NCBI GenBank assembly: GCA_040954595.2
Contig: CM082594.2
Location: 9,428,296 to 9,492,295, forward strand
Length of the DNA: 64,000 nt
Source: Balanoglossus misakiensis
Taxonomy: Eukaryota > Animalia > Hemichordata
Direction: 5' to 3'
Under the pieces are notes generated by a model. It worked only from the letters and a program-made list of their open reading frames with translations. It was not told the DNA's origin and did not search any database. Made by a program: the position numbers and the translations under genes. The first letter of the stretch is position 1; every line of letters begins with the position of its first letter. Positions 27,901 through 40,624 of the stretch are shown piece after piece.

Positions 27901-28769
27901 TGACAGATTAAATACCCTAGGAACAATGACGCGGAATTTAAGAGTTAAGCAAACTTGTGAACAATAGTTTACCATAGCCAAGAAGCTGCATCTGCTACCT
28001 GCGGTTTACCTAACAGTAGTCATTTAGATGTACAATGCCAACTTTTGTCAAATGGACCGTGCGACGAAACTTCTTTTGTCAGCGTCCTTGTCTCAGACAC
28101 AATAGCACACTGGGAAGTTTACAGCAGTCATTTGCACTCTATGCAGAAGGGCGAAAGTGCACATACCACTTAACGCATTAAAACCGATACAGACCATTTT
28201 CCACCAAGAGAGAGAGAGTGACGTCATAACTGAAATATGTCGATCACACCCATGTGCTGTGGCAAACAAGTGACGTGCATTGATGAGATTAATTGAGCGT
28301 GGCCATTTTCACTTTTGGCCAAAGAACTTCTAAACGGGAATTGTTTAAATCCGTTTAAGTGGGAGTTTCTTCTTTTGTCCAACGCTGTATCTTTTTACTC
28401 ATAGCGACGCATGAAAGGCGCGCCGAGTTTAGCATTGATCAGACACATAACAGAATATTTACACTCATATTTCTGTTCTGGCGAAATATCTCTTTATCTG
28501 TATTTCTGTAAATTGGGCAATATTACCATGGTCAACAGCACAACCCTTCACATTTTCCCCCGAAATTGCGCGCCGGGTAAGAATACGACCCGGTGATTTT
28601 GCCACTTAATTTCCGTGGTCGCATCGAAAACTGGCGTTTTTGGCTTGTTTCTCTCTCTTGAATTAAGTCTAAAGATGTGTCCGATTTACCGCTGTGAGTT
28701 TTTTTTTTTTACATTTTACAGGGTCGCTCAAGCAGAAAGGAGGCAGTTGCCAGGTACTCTATAATCTGG

Positions 28770-29852
28770 ATGTTAAAGCTATCATCTCCATACTGTTTGG
28801 TGTCAGTGGTGTACACACTATGTTTTATATCACAAGTTCAAGGTAAGTTTCAAAAAAATATCGTTTTGATATTCTAAACAATTTTGAATAGACTGGAACT
28901 TGTAACTGAGACCACTAAATATCAAGAATCATAAGAACTTGTCGACTTCTTTTTTTACAGGAATGTGTGGAGATCCCGGAGTTCCCGTCGATGGATATAT
29001 ACTGTCACAAAACATCACATACCCAGTCAACATCAGTGATGAGGTGGAGTTTGCATGTAACTATGGTTACATGTTGCTAGGTAACGACACACTGATTTGC
29101 ATATCGGCCAACACATGGAGCTCATCAGTACCGAACTGCACAGGTAATTATTATACACATACTGCATGCATGTTATAAAGAAGACTGAATTGCGCAAATG
29201 ATATTTACATTTTACTGAACAACGAAATGCTGATGGCATTTGATTCTTATTTGCAGATATTATCGACTCGAGTAGCCCTGCGACTGGGCATAGCACGCCC
29301 TATGGTGCTATGCTCAGCACTGCGACTGGCCATGTTATAGAGGAGACAACATCAGTCGCTGCAAGGACCGGGCTGACAACGGTAGGACAACTCGGCGACC
29401 AGGATGAGTTAGCGGACGAGACCACAAACGATTCAAGCGTTGACGCCCTTCGGATTTTCTTGTACACCGTCTTAGGGATGTTTCTGACGATTGTGGCAGC
29501 CTACGTTGGGGTACTCGCCGTCAAGGCTTACAACAAACGATTGGGCAGAACTGCGCCCTCAGCGGAGGACCCCAACCAAGCCAGTCCGCTTATTACTGCA
29601 TGGGGACCTGTAGGTGGTGGTGGAGGCGGCGGCGGAGGTGGCCCGTCTGAAAGCAATCCTCAAAGCAGCAATGCAGAAGTTCAAAGAAGTCCTTCGAGAT
29701 CAGGAAGACCCTCATCATATAGGGCGGTGTCAGCCGCGGGACGAGAGCGTATCCAGTACTTGGAAGGAAATTTCTATCTGGATTCCAGGCCTGGTGAACC
29801 CATCAACTCTTCCGAGGACTACATTGCAGAACTTGCAAATATGCGAGATTAA
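28770..29852 (+). CDS. Single Sushi/CCP-domain type-I transmembrane protein (~283 aa)
   Basis: Exons 28770-28842 (signal peptide MLKLSSPYCLVSVVYTLCFISQVQG), 28961-29143 (CCP domain CGDPGVPVDG...VEFACNYGYMLLGNDTLICISANTWSSSVPNC, phase 1-1) and 29257-29852 (S/T-rich stalk, TM IFLYTVLGMFLTIVAAYVGVLAV followed by KAYNKR, Gly/Ser-rich tail). Total 852 nt in frame; AATAAA at 30542-30547. Confidence 0.9.
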
Positions 29853-31424
29853 TAGTTTGTAGTGGCTGGATATGTCAGGACTTTGTAATTTCTGACGTAC
29901 AGACAAAATCTAAGGCGTCGGGAAGAAAGTGGCTAAAAGGCAAAGGCGGAAAATGTTCATAGGAAGAATGTTTGCAACTGCCGCTGTATTGACAACGGAA
30001 CTTCATACTCAGTGACATTTACCTACAGGTTAAACTCGTGTATTCTTTGATGTATTTACACTTTTTAAATATAGAGCTATGGGTTAGTCAATCACCGTCA
30101 ACTGGGCATGTGATCTCTGAAAGGGCGCGGCTCTGTTTTTATACAATTTAAAAAAAATAAAGTAAACTATTCTCTGATGTATTCTAGTCCCATCAAGATG
30201 GGAGATTTTGTGCTCAGAAGAAAGTTGAACAAATGGAAAATTAATGATATAAACAGATATGTTTGCATTGAACTTGAAGACGTTTAGCATTTATTTGAAC
30301 AAAACCACATCTTTAGTCCAGCAATTGCACACACAATACGAGTTTTACGACGGTGGACATGCATGTATATAGATACATAGATAGCCATGTGTATAGATAG
30401 CTAAATGCATGTATTACATACATAGGCCTACACATACAAAGTTCCACAAACTGATCCTTTATACATTTACCAAATGGGATTTAAATGACGCGTGTGTGTG
30501 TTGAACAGGGCTGTGTTCCGCCTACCATAAATGTACTTGAAAATAAAGAGTCTTTTTATATAAACAGATGTGAAAACTTGTGTTATTGAACTTTCTGAGG
30601 AAAATACAGTGGTGCACACGTTCCTGCCAGTAGGCCTAATTTATAAAGTATCTCCTAGTCTGGTCCCCTGCCCCATTTCAACCACATGGCTGTTGTTTGC
30701 TCGGTATCTTTTTTATTTTTCTTGCGCATAGTGTGGAATATTTTGAGGGTGTCCCCTCGGAAACTTTTAAAAGTCTTCCAAACTCCTCATCATATCCGAC
30801 AGCGCACCCAGCGGCAGGATCCGGGAAGAGCCGCAGTGAAAGATACACGTCTAGAATTTTCAGAGAGAAAGTGACACACGATTTTTCTGGGTCATCGCTT
30901 GGTCCATACGGCTTGGCTAGGTCGTCCTGGACAAAGTCTCCCTTTGAGATAGCAGAGGTACGTCCTCCTGTCCGAAATAAACATACCTCGCTTGGATACG
31001 ATGTGTTCGTTTCAGAAATGGAGGTCGTGAAGCACGTGACACAAAGTCACGAGTCATGCGCACTTTCGTCATCTGTATTTATCCTGTCCTGAATCTTGTG
31101 TAAGTGAAATTATCTGCTGTCTGCGTCGTCTTTAAGTGCGTATACAGCTGCAAAAGTAAGGAGACTGGCATAGAAACCACTGCGATTACCCGACGAGGAT
31201 TTTTGACTTCGTAATGTTAAGTTTTTGAAGGGTTTCGGTGGTCCGATTGTCCATACATCGCTGTGTTTACACTTTACAGTGTGTACAGTACATGTATCAT
31301 ATGACACACTCCCGATCAGGTGATTGAATCAACGATCTCAGAAATCTGTCTCGAACTGTAAGTGTAAAACCTCACATTTCCAAAGTAACTGGGATCTGTC
31401 CAACGTTTTGCAGAGCTGGAGAGA

Positions 31425-34400
31425 ATGGCATCGTTAGTCCACATCATAAACGCACACAAGGGCGATGTCAACTGGTGTGCGTTCTCCATAACCAACAACT
31501 TGGCCACTTGTTCTGGAGACAAAACAGTGCGATTGTGGAACTTGGACGATTTTTCTGAACTTCCGTGTTCACCACTGATAGGCCACACTTATTACGTACA
31601 CTACGTATCCTTCAGTCCGTTCGGGACCCTCCTGGCTTCTTGCTCAACGGATGGAAACGTCATTGTTTGGGATCCGAAGACAGGGGAGAAGAAGGCAATA
31701 TTTCAACACAAAACTAAGGCCATCATCCGCGTATGTGTGTTCTCACCTGATTCAAAATATTTGGTATCAGGGGGTGCAGATTTTTGTTTGTATCTTTGGG
31801 ACCTGAACAAACGAGAATGTATCAGGTAAGCTTGCATCATCTCAGTTCAGATTTTCATCAACTCTTGAACAATATGGCAATATTTGCAAAACCATGTGGT
31901 CTTCTAAAATATCTGTTACGTGTACATCATTTAGGAACCTACATCAGTGAAACAGTCAAAACTTGGCTCATCATTTTAAACAGCACAAAAGTCACAGCTG
32001 TTGTTAAACTCTGTGCGTTTAGTTTCATGCATAGCTTTGTATTAATTGGCTAGCAATCCGTTACTATGGTAATTACCAAGTCTCGCTCTTTGCTTTTTCT
32101 TGCAGAATGTTTGAAGGACATGAAAACAATGTAGTGTCATGCTCGTTCACCCCAGACAGTAGCCATATTATATCAGGTTCATCTGATGGAGACATCCGAG
32201 TTTGGGATGCACAGTTTGGTCAGAGTCGTTGTTTGTATTGCTCAGATTGTGATGTTCATGAACTTGGAGTATCTTGCATTGTGTGCTCACCCACATTTGG
32301 AGCAGCAAGTAAGTTCTACAGCAATTGTAGTGGTACTTCCCACCATCAGATGTAGTGTACAACACAATGCAGTGGAATACAATACAATACAATACAATAC
32401 AATACAATACAATACAATACAATACAATACAATACAATACAATACAATACAATACAATACAAAACAATACAATACAATACAATACAATACAATACAATAC
32501 AATTACGCAAACCTCCCAGTGCCCAATACAGTATTTGTATTAATCAGAACATAACATTTTACTTTTTTCTGTTGCAGTAACATTAAATTATTAAATTAGA
32601 CCTACATTTAAATAAGTTATAATAATAATAGTATTAATAATATTTTGGTCTGTTAAACAGAAGAGTGTGAGGAAAACAGTGACACCCCTGATACCGATAG
32701 TAAGCTTAGTTTTATTGCTTTATAATAATTCCTCATCTGCGTCTAATTAAACTGATCTCCTTATTACTTGATACCATAGTTCCTTTTCTATTTTCAGTCT
32801 CTCCAAGCCTAATACTTTGTATATATTATTTCCACAATAACCTTCCTGTGTGTTACGTGTTATCAAATTTTATCTATCCTTACTATGGTTTGTTATGTAA
32901 ATTTAGAAGATGACAATGCTCTTAGTTTTTCTTTGTATCATGGTGGCTGTCATTGCTGTGCGTATGTAACTTATACAAATACTGACTGTGGGAACTGAGG
33001 AGTGGTGTATACTTAACAAGATGGGAGTTGAATTGCAAACGTCAAACCACTTCTTGAAAGTCAATAAAAAATCGTTGATAAATTAAATGTACCTTGTGAA
33101 ATTCCTAGAAAATTGATTTAAGCATGCTTGGAAGCTTGCACTAGCACCCAAATCTTTCAGGACTGTCATAATCATTTTCTGAACAGCGCACTGTGTGCTC
33201 GATCTATGATCACTTGTTACATTCTCTATCATTTGTGAATAGATCCATCATACAAGGCAGGAAACCCTGTGTCCAAGTATTTCTTGATGGCCACGTGCGG
33301 AGCAGACTTCATGGTGAAGTTATGGGACCTTCATGTTGAGCCAAGTGAGTCATGATTCTAACCTAGAAATTCAGACTGATAATTCCAGAATCGGTGTGTT
33401 TCCTCGACTACAACAGTAACATGAAGCTTTTGTCTTTCACTTTCATGGTTTGAAACAAATCCCTTGTTTTCTACGTTAGTGTAAAACATAACAAAAATAC
33501 TGAATGTGTTCTTTCTCTTCACAGAATGTAGAGTCAAGCTGAGATGCACCTTAGAAGGACACACAGCCCAGGTTATGTCATGTGCTTTCTCCGGAGACGG
33601 CAAATTACTGGCATCAGGGTAAATAGGCATATAATGGCTACAATAGAGTGTACCTGTATGGATGATTAATTTCTATATTTTTTATGTACACATTCTACTG
33701 TTTTTTTGTATTGTAATTGATGGTGTTTTTCAATTTTTCCCCCACAGGGGTGGTGACAAAACTGTGATTCTGTGGGATCCAGTAAGTACAGATGTCATGT
33801 TTCATCAAAAAATTATTTCATACATGTGCCAATTGAATCTGAAATCACTACATGTATTATCTGTATGTTTTAGTACTAGTTTTCTATACAAGAGTTTGAA
33901 ATCAAGTGCCACCTCAGGCAAGTTTCAAACACAAAGAATCTTAAACGTCTCTCTTATATTTTTCAGTTGAGAGGTGAAAGACTGCTCACCATAGAAGGAC
34001 ATGCAAGGTGAGTAATGCCCTGTGTGACAACTCTTTGTAAGTGGTCCATTTTTGGCCAGTTTCAGGCCAGTGGTAAAATTGTTTTTGATGTCTAATGATC
34101 TATGCTGTCTGATTGGATCATCGGAAATTAGTTCCACTCAGAATTGACAACCCTGTAATCCAATTTGATTGCATGTTCCAGGTATGTGACATCCGTCGCC
34201 TTTTCTGTGGATGGACAGTATTTAGCAACCGGTTCCAATGATAGAACATGTCGCGTATGGAAGCTGCATCTCGATAGCCCAGGCCAACAAATACAAGGTA
34301 ATTAATCAGATAGTGTCCTTCATGCATTTATGCTTATAAATTAAATTTATTTAAAGGTCAACATGGATTACCAAGAATTATGGTTGCCAAACGATTTAAC

Positions 34401-35617
34401 AGTGAGAATTAGGGGCTTGCCAAATTGAGTGAAGGACAGTGTACAAATTGAGTGTTGCATATTCATGTACATTTTCTGTGAGAGTCGTCTTTCCTTTCAA
34501 CTTGTGTACATTTTTATATATCGTTACATCAGTATATTGTTTATTTTTTTCAGGTGAAAAAATTTCTGAAGACATCAAGTTGAAGGTGCATTGCATTGGT
34601 GAAACTAAACCACCACCAATCAAACAGCTTTCTGATTGGTCAGTTGAAGATGTTTGCACCTGGCTGAAGGAGATGGGCATGGAACAGCACATCCCCCAGT
34701 TTGAAAGGAATGCGATCGATGGTCAGGAACTGGGCACTTTGACCAAAGAGAGTTTGACCTGTGACCTTGGCGTCAGTAAGTGAATTTCATATCAATAAAT
34801 GGAGAAGATATTTAGTAAACGGAAAAAAAGTGTGCCATGGAGTCCATCTGAACCTCAGAATTAATAAGAGAAAATCGCCATGAACATGACTTGATCAAAC
34901 TCGCCCAATTGACGATACTGACACAACATGGATTTTATTTTCAGCTGCCCTTGGACATCGCAATAAGATTCTACGTGGCATAGAGACCATAAAAGATCAG
35001 TGTGACTTGGCTGTTCAGCTGCAAGGATCAGCAGTCCATTATAGAATTGATAAAGTGGATGGTAAGAAAATATTTGGCTTGTCAATCTGCAGAACTCTTT
35101 TAACCCATGACCTGAGATAGAAACACATGAGAATCATGGGTAATGTTTTGAATGACTGGAGGAGATCCAGGCCATGTTTTTGCCTGCTGTTTCATTACTC
35201 TTAACTGATGTTTCGTTTCAGATTCTGGTGTTCCTGATGAACTGCTGTGTCCAATCACAAGGGAGGTTATGAAAGATCCCGTCATTGCATCAGGTTGGTT
35301 ATGGTCTCTGTCATATGTTATGCTCTCTATCATTGGATGAAATGTGGCCAAATTCCAGCACATAGTGCATTCCTTCTGTCACGTGCAGCTCAAACTGTTT
35401 TGATTACAGTGTGTTCCTTTCAAGTTTTCTGATAGTTTCCTTTCTTCACTTCTTTGATTCAGACGGTTATTCGTACGAAAGGAGTTCCATCGAAGGTTGG
35501 ATAAGAAGTGGGAAGAACACAAGCCCAATGACGAACAATGTTTTGCCCAACACAGTGCTGACACCAAACAGAATGCTGAAGATGCTGATAGACAGGAGAC
35601 ATTCAAAGACACTGTAG
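31425..35617 (+). CDS. WDSUB1: WD repeat, SAM and U-box domain-containing protein 1 (~531 aa with the microexon)
   Basis: Exons 31425-31825, 32106-32308, 32661-32699 (optional), 33243-33344, 33525-33618, 33748-33781, 33967-34007, 34182-34297, 34554-34775, 34945-35061, 35222-35293, 35463-35617 (1596 nt, in frame). WD40 repeats ([21 protein letters not shown]...[13 protein letters not shown]), SAM ([10 protein letters not shown]...IDGQEL...LGHRNKIL) and U-box ([35 protein letters not shown]...TSPMTN...LTPNRMLK). Confidence 0.95.
32376..32503. repeat. (AATAC)n pentanucleotide microsatellite
   Basis: About 25 tandem copies in WDSUB1 intron 2; it explains the YNTIQ and YCIVL ORFs. Confidence 0.97.
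32661..32699 (+). CDS. WDSUB1: 39-nt frame-preserving microexon of WDSUB1 ([13 protein letters not shown])
   Basis: Acceptor ttttggtctgttaaacag, donor GTAAGC, phase 1-1, no stop codon, lying between two WD40-coding exons. Confidence 0.6.
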
Positions 35618-36622
35618 AAGTTGCGAGCCAGATCATATCCGTTATGCGCTGATCAATCATATTATAATCAGTTTGTGTGGATCTTAACTGTCACATGATG
35701 TTAACCATTTGAACTGATCAAGGGGTCAATGAACTTTACAGGACTATTGCATGATACTGATAGATTTATGTGAGTCTGTCACTGTTAATCAATTTTAGTG
35801 GATCTTACACAACTACCAGTGTTTGGGGCCAATTTGGGTATATTTAATACCAGAAACGCAAGTTACTTGAAAGGTTAGGATTAATCAGTTTGTGTGAATT
35901 GTACAGCAACTTTGTAAAATAATGCTTTGAGTGAATTGTACTGTGGCAGCTTCATTATAGCATAACTTTACATAGTGAGAGAATAATAATGTTGTGTGGC
36001 AAAGGTAAATTGTAACGCCACTGTTGATTGGCTCACAGTTTTATGATTGAAAAGTGAAATGTTCATTTTTTATTGTCTTGTACTTTATATATTTAACACA
36101 CTTGGTTTAAGCTTTGTTTGATATTCTGTTGTCTAAATGTGAGATAATGTTCAGTTTTTATGTGTAATCAGTAAATTTTTCGTGGAATTCTTTTACAGTA
36201 TAAAGCATTTTCATGAGGCTGAAGAAAAGATGACATTTAGGGCCTTACAAATACATGATAAAGATGGTGTGATTAAAACGTGTATTACCTTTGAACAAAT
36301 GGAAATTTGGGAGATTGGCAAGTTGGTATGCAAAAAGTCTTGATCTCTTGTAAGAAGGCAATGTATCGGGAAGTATAAAAGAAGTATTTAGGTATGGTAA
36401 ATTACCATGTTGTAAAATTAAGGTTAACAAGCCAATTATCTTTATCAGACTTATAAGAAAGATATGACTCTTAAGTTGCTGGCTTGTAAAGTGTATTTGT
36501 GTGTCAAGCAAACTGTTTTATATCAAAATTGTTCTGATTGATATTATCTTTTTTTCTTATATCATTCTTATGATGTTGTAACCATTTACAGCCCGAGTGT
36601 GGGTAGATCTATCTATTATAGA

Positions 36623-36628
36623 AATAAA
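36623..36628 (+). other. Probable polyadenylation signal of WDSUB1
   Basis: AATAAA about 1 kb after the stop codon, before the next gene's upstream region. Confidence 0.45.
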
Positions 36629-38162
36629 TAGTTATTATGCTTTAATCCAAAAGTCATGTGCCATGTTGGTTCTTCAATTTCCTGGCAGGTCAACAGTCCC
36701 TGAACCCCACCTTTCTGCTACTATAAAGAGGTGTCTTTGTATTCCCCTTCAAAGTCAACTCTCACTCAAAATCAAATAATTATTGCAGTATCTCGTGACC
36801 TCTGTATAACCAGCTGTAATACTGGACTCTGCCACCTCCTTGCACCCAGATTGTGTTCCCTTTGTTAAATGACCTCAAATTATATTGCAGAAAATTTTGA
36901 AAGTGAAACAATCTCCCAGCAGAACTTTTCATTAGGATTGACTGTTTTGTTATTGTTAAAATTCAGGCTAAACAAATACGAAAGTCTGCAATTTAAAAAT
37001 CTGTTTTTCCCAGAGGGAGTAAATGAACAGCGTAAACAAGTTGAACATGCATGGGGATTCCCCTCCCGGGAATTCCCATCATCCGGGATCTCCCCGCTTG
37101 CATCATGCTTTTATCATGCTCTGAGGACATGATAGTATATTAAGTTAAACGCGTGAAAACGGCGTGTTATTTATATTTACAGACACTGGGAATACACCAG
37201 ATCACACACACGTATATATGTCTTGCAACAGGTAAGTTCGTATGTTGATCTCTGCAGGTATAGATAAGAATTTTTCCGGGATAGATCACAATCATATACA
37301 AGGACAAGGTCAAAGGTGTCATCTTGGTTTTGATATCAAAATCCCAGAGAGCGCTACTGTTTCAAAACTCGTTGCTACTCGTATCTGGTTATATACAAGT
37401 CGTGTTTTGTTTCCATTGCAAGTTGCCTCTGCTGTCTGTTGCATATATGGCCGACACAATTTCTGCAATGACGTCACATCATCATGTGATGACAACAAAA
37501 CATTCATGCACAATGCATTACTGCAATCATGCATTTTTTGTGTGAACGGAATATAATTTCCAATTGCAGAAATTCACTTTTCATCAATTGTGGGTATACC
37601 TGTACAATCAGACAAGGCTATCTGTGGGTGCTGGCATCATATAGAAACTAGCTATTATAAGTATGACTCATATATATTTTACATACAATGGCCTTTAAAC
37701 TGTTCAAGTGGTCTCGTGACATTTAATCACATGATGGATGTTGAGGCTACACAAAAACACAAAGAACAGAAAGTTTATTTAAAGCTAGCTATACCACAAT
37801 TTGTTTCATTTTCCATTTTCAGCAGGGTGGTTGGAGGGTGAATTTGATGTGATCTAAAATGGCTAGGGATAGGACTGCTAAAGTACATATAGCATAGCAA
37901 TTTTGTGTGAAAATGGTGTGTGCTAAAATCAACTTTTTTGACCGCATACTATTAATTTTTAAGGCCGTAGCTTCTTCCAAAATCATGCGAGAATTTGCAG
38001 CGACTCTAATCAAAACCCTCAACACTCTGAGACCTTGTGGAAGGCACTTGTTGACATCCAGATGATTAATAATTGTGCATTAGATATTAAGAATTTCTCA
38101 TTCCATAAATTCAATTTTGTTTTAATCCTCTTTACCAATAGAGTGGAAATACTTAAGAAAAA

Positions 38163-40624
38163 ATGGGTGACGCCTCAAGACAAAGCCGTTTGAAGGAAGT
38201 GGTTGCAGACACCTTAAGGACAATAGCGCATCTACCATTCACTTATGTACCGGTACAAGGGCCTCCTTACATGGAATCGTGGAAACGCACTTTTGGTTCT
38301 GAAGGTGGATGCCTGGACACTGGTGAAGCAGGAATCAAAATCGATGTGCAGAGAATCCTAGGTCAAAGGTCAGCACATAACCGACGAAAAGTTGGTGTGC
38401 AGCTGTATAGTGAACAACCAATAAGAGATACCGACAGACAAATGGTCGCAAGCCCACCAGTTCTGATAAAACAGAAGAACTTCAGTGAAAACGATAAGAT
38501 TATCTTAAAGATGCCAGTGCATGCGAAAGTGAAGGAAGATGATGAAAGCCAAGAAAAGGCAGAGCTAGTTGTGATGTGCCAAAATGTAGGTGGAAAGTCC
38601 ATTGAGGAGGTTCCTGAGAAAGATTGGGTACATTCCCCAGAGGCTTCTACTGTCTCAGTCGAAATCAGGAAACCGTTGCTGAAAACGCTCATCTTTGCTG
38701 TCTTCCGATGCATTGAAGGAAAAATCTGGAAGTATGTGCAAATCACTATGCAGCTTTCGTTGTATGGTCCACCACAACTCGAGCAACATATGTGTCTGCA
38801 TGCCATGTTTTCATGCAAATCAACCAGCAGGATCCCACCGCATACCTGTCAGGCAACAAAGGATTGGACGCACCATCAGATTCAAATATCCAAGCACCAA
38901 ACAGTCCAACTGAAGGTTGAAATCCAAAACAACCAGGCAGAGCTCTGGGAGATCGATAATTCCAAAGTGGATGCCATTTCAAAAGAAGACATGAGAGGCA
39001 AACAGACCATTATCCAGCGCACAGTTCCGGTGACTTTCGACCCGGGCAGCAAACCAGACCAAATGAAGCAGTTTATGCTGAGTTTGACTATGTTTGCCAC
39101 TGAAGATGGCAAAGCCCACCACCACTCCTGTATGTCACCACCACCAACTGGTCTTTCAGAGGGGTGTCGGTCATCTGGTGAAACAGCTGCATCTACATCA
39201 TCAGGGCTGTCACAACCAAGAAGGAAAGTTCGACACTTGCCCAGCAGATCCTCAAGCAAGAGAAAACATTTCCATGGATCGTGTGCCATAAGCTGTGCTG
39301 AAAACCCACTCCCTCTCTCCGAGAAAGTACAGGCAGTTGAGGATTTCACCAAACACGGCGAAGAGACCAGAGAGAATTTACTGAATCTGAAGAAAGGGGA
39401 GTTTGCTCTGGTGCTGGGATCAACCAATTACAAGGCCAGGCGGCAAGGCAGGTCACTCACTTGGAACATCGGCATGAACAACAAAGGAGAAATTGGCTTC
39501 TTTGCAAATGAATTTGTCAAATCGGTGAAGACTGCTCAGTCTGATGAAATCCAATGTACCAGTCAAGATATCCTGTCGTTCATCAAGCGTCTCTGTTCGT
39601 CCGCATTTCTGCAGATTGATGACAGCGCTATCCACACTTGTCTTGCCCATGGACTAGGATCCAAATGGGTTGAACTTGCGAGAGTTGAAAAGATGTCCAG
39701 ATGCGATATTGATGCTATCACCGCGGAAACCAGAAACCAGAAGGATCAAGTGATCCGATTGGCAGAGGAAATTAAAATGAAGAGGGGAATACAAGGTTGC
39801 CATGGTTACTTGCCATCATTGGTGTGTGATCTGTTGATGATTGGACTGAGAAAACTTGCCATCACCATAGTGATAAACACACTATTGTACACTGTTGCCA
39901 AGGTAACTTTAATGGTTTATATGGAAGTTTATGAAAAACAGAATTTAGGTTGACTTGGACAAAATGTGTCTAACTTGTATCGGGTGAAAGTTCCAGAAAT
40001 ACTTTTGGCTTGATATACCAGTATTAACAGTTTTCATGAAAATATTAAAATTAAATTACAGTAAGTAATGGAATATGCTTATGCTTTCTGTCTTTACCAC
40101 AGACTACTATTGGTCGTTGGGAAGACTTTGAAAAAGAACTGCAAATGGTGTCAACAGACAGAAACATCAACCTTTGTACTCGAAAGGTAATCTTTCATTA
40201 AATGTAAGGTTGAAAAAAAGGCTACCAGTTCCTTCTTGTCAGAAATGCACCCTGGGTAAGAGTGTTTCATCAGCCAGGGTGACACAGTTTTGAAGGAGAT
40301 TAGTGCACAACCAAGTACAAATTAACAGACAGGAAACAATTTTACACAAACTGGCTATTGATACATCTTTCATTGCTTCTATGACAACCACAGGTTGCTG
40401 GTTCTAAGGAGAAAGACTTTGACCACGCCCTGGCGGTGTTGAAAAGAGGGTACAATGATAGAAGTATAGAATTCCTGGAATGTTTGCAGATCACTCTGAG
40501 CGACAGGAAGTGGGAAAGCGAGCAATTCAGCGAATGTGAAATGATCACAGAGAAGATGCTCATCTTCCTTTCCATTCAGTATCATCTGTGCAACTGTAAT
40601 ATGGCTGATAGGCAGATTTATTGA
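38163..40624 (+). CDS. ZU5-(UPA)-SH3-death-domain protein with SH3BP4/MACC1-like architecture (~684 aa)
   Basis: Exons 38163-39902 (1740 nt), 40103-40186 and 40394-40624, all phase 0 and in frame; probable non-coding exon ending at 37231 (cag|gtaagt). ZU5-like FGSEGGCL...GIKIDV...SPPV...ILKMPVHA; SH3-like KVQAVEDF...LLNLKKGEFALVL...WNIGMNNKGEIGFFANEFVKSV; death-domain-like LAHGLGSKWVELARVEKMSRCDIDAI...DQVIRLAEE...LVCDLLMIGLRKLA; helical C-terminus. AATAAA at 41916-41921. The CDS is well supported; the domain calls were made by eye. Confidence 0.8.

Noticed and set aside
30697-31092. 131-aa ORF just upstream of WDSUB1
   Set aside because: Non-ATG start, no domain, and it lies in the CpG-rich promoter region; probably a chance ORF.
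32168-32554. YNTIQ / YCIVL repeat ORFs; array superficially CRISPR-like
   Set aside because: A plain (AATAC)n microsatellite with no spacers, in eukaryotic intron context.
37047-37120. Imperfect GC-rich inverted repeat (catgcatggggattccc...gggatctccccgcttgcatcatg)
   Set aside because: Arms are too mismatched and there is no clear target duplication, so it cannot be called a pre-miRNA or MITE.
38363-39650. Antisense ORFs of 151, 181 and 65 aa
   Set aside because: Shadows of the long + strand coding exon.
39903-39953. End of the 596-aa ORF as the true C-terminus
   Set aside because: A good donor (AAG|GTAACT) at 39902 and two downstream in-frame exons indicate the ORF tail is intron read-through.
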